Source: Candidatus Kaiserbacteria bacterium (lineage in GTDB: Bacteria > Patescibacteriota > Minisyncoccia > Phycocordibacterales > JABMNX01). From it: 64,000 nucleotides of DNA. The DNA lies in assembly GCA_016186705.1 (NCBI GenBank), contig JACPLB010000006.1, positions 16,325 to 80,324 of the forward strand, read 5' to 3'. The notes below the pieces were generated by a model. It ran no database searches. It was not told the origin of the DNA and saw nothing but the letters and a program-made list of their open reading frames with translations. Each line of letters starts with the position of its first letter. The stretch's first letter is position 1. This document shows, one piece after another, positions 63,578 through 64,000 of this stretch. Position numbers and translations under genes: made by a program.

Positions 63578-64000
63578 ATGTTATTACAAACATGGACTGA
63601 GGTGCTCCAGCAGTCATTCCAAGACCTCTGGCTCGGCATCGTCGCATTCGTACCAAGTCTGCTCGTAGCGTTGATTATCTTCGTTATCGGCTGGATTATC
63701 GGTGCGGTGCTCGGACGCGTTGTCGCGCAGATTGTTGGATCTCTCAAAATAGATAATGCACTTCGCAGCGCCGGATTTGAAGACACCTTCAATCGTGCCG
63801 GCTTCAATCTCAATTCGGGAGCGTTTCTCGGGGGATTGGTGAAGTGGTTCATTATCATCGTCTTCTTGGTCGCCGCGCTTGAAGTGCTCGGCTTAAGCCA
63901 AGTAAACGTATTCTTGCAGGAAGTCGTGCTTCTCTACCTCCCACAAGTCATTGTGGCGGTTCTCATTCTCTTGGTAGCGGCAGTCATCGCTGAAGTTGCG
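63578..64000 (+). CDS. mechanosensitive channel (MscS-like) N-terminal part, continues past window end
   Basis: Open frame from ATG 63578 with three TM helices (WLGIVAFVPSLLVALIIFVIGWIIG; FLGGLVKWFIIIVFLVAALEVLG; VIVAVLILLVAAVIA). No stop before 64000. Confidence 0.45.
   Translation, partial: MLLQTWTEVLQQSFQDLWLGIVAFVPSLLVALIIFVIGWIIGAVLGRVVAQIVGSLKIDNALRSAGFEDTFNRAGFNLNSGAFLGGLVKWFIIIVFLVAALEVLGLSQVNVFLQEVVLLYLPQVIVAVLILLVAAVIAEVA

Overview
This window looks like a chromosomal segment from a small-genome, low-GC bacterium, most consistent with a Patescibacteria/CPR (Parcubacteria-like) lineage; that placement is inference. The signs are short compact genes, a eukaryote/archaeal-type class-II GlyRS, a pilMNO cluster, many secreted or membrane-anchored giant and repeat proteins, and rplK that is not followed by rplA.

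In gene order along the window (mostly housekeeping), the recognisable genes are ruvX, dedA, pilMNO, acyP, uppS, an RluA-family pseudouridine synthase, rplS, a PduO-type adenosyltransferase, cspA, zupT, secE, nusG, rplK, a thymidylate/folate module (folD, folA, dcd, thyA, glyA), argS, ileS, recO, glyQS, metG, tatD, rpsF, ssb, rpsR, efp, an ECF-like sigma factor, recA, ftsK, rplJ and rplL. There are five tRNA genes: Ser-TGA, Arg-TCT, Val-TAC, Leu-GAG and His-GTG.

Accessory or unusual content:
- A low-GC three-gene cassette (7437-9627) sits next to tRNA-Ser, with a partial tRNA duplication; its middle protein has a HEPN-like Rx5H motif. This is the best candidate for an undescribed defence or toxin system.
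- IleS carries an inserted histidine-phosphatase (PGAM-like) domain.
- Tiny repeat-flanked insertions lie immediately downstream of tRNA-Val and tRNA-Leu.
- Paralogous secreted-protein genes occupy the 5' end of the window; one is a GC-shifted paralog on the opposite strand.
- At 48.2-59.1 kb there is a wHTH regulator with a dense operator array, a 750-nt non-coding region, a 1181-aa PG-binding surface protein, a PaaX-like regulator and an esterase with a lamin-tail domain. These are punctuated by four copies of a 40-nt palindromic intergenic repeat.
- GC-rich, highly structured non-coding stretches are at 59.1-59.5 kb and 61.0-61.6 kb.

No rRNA, CRISPR array, integrase or transposase was seen.
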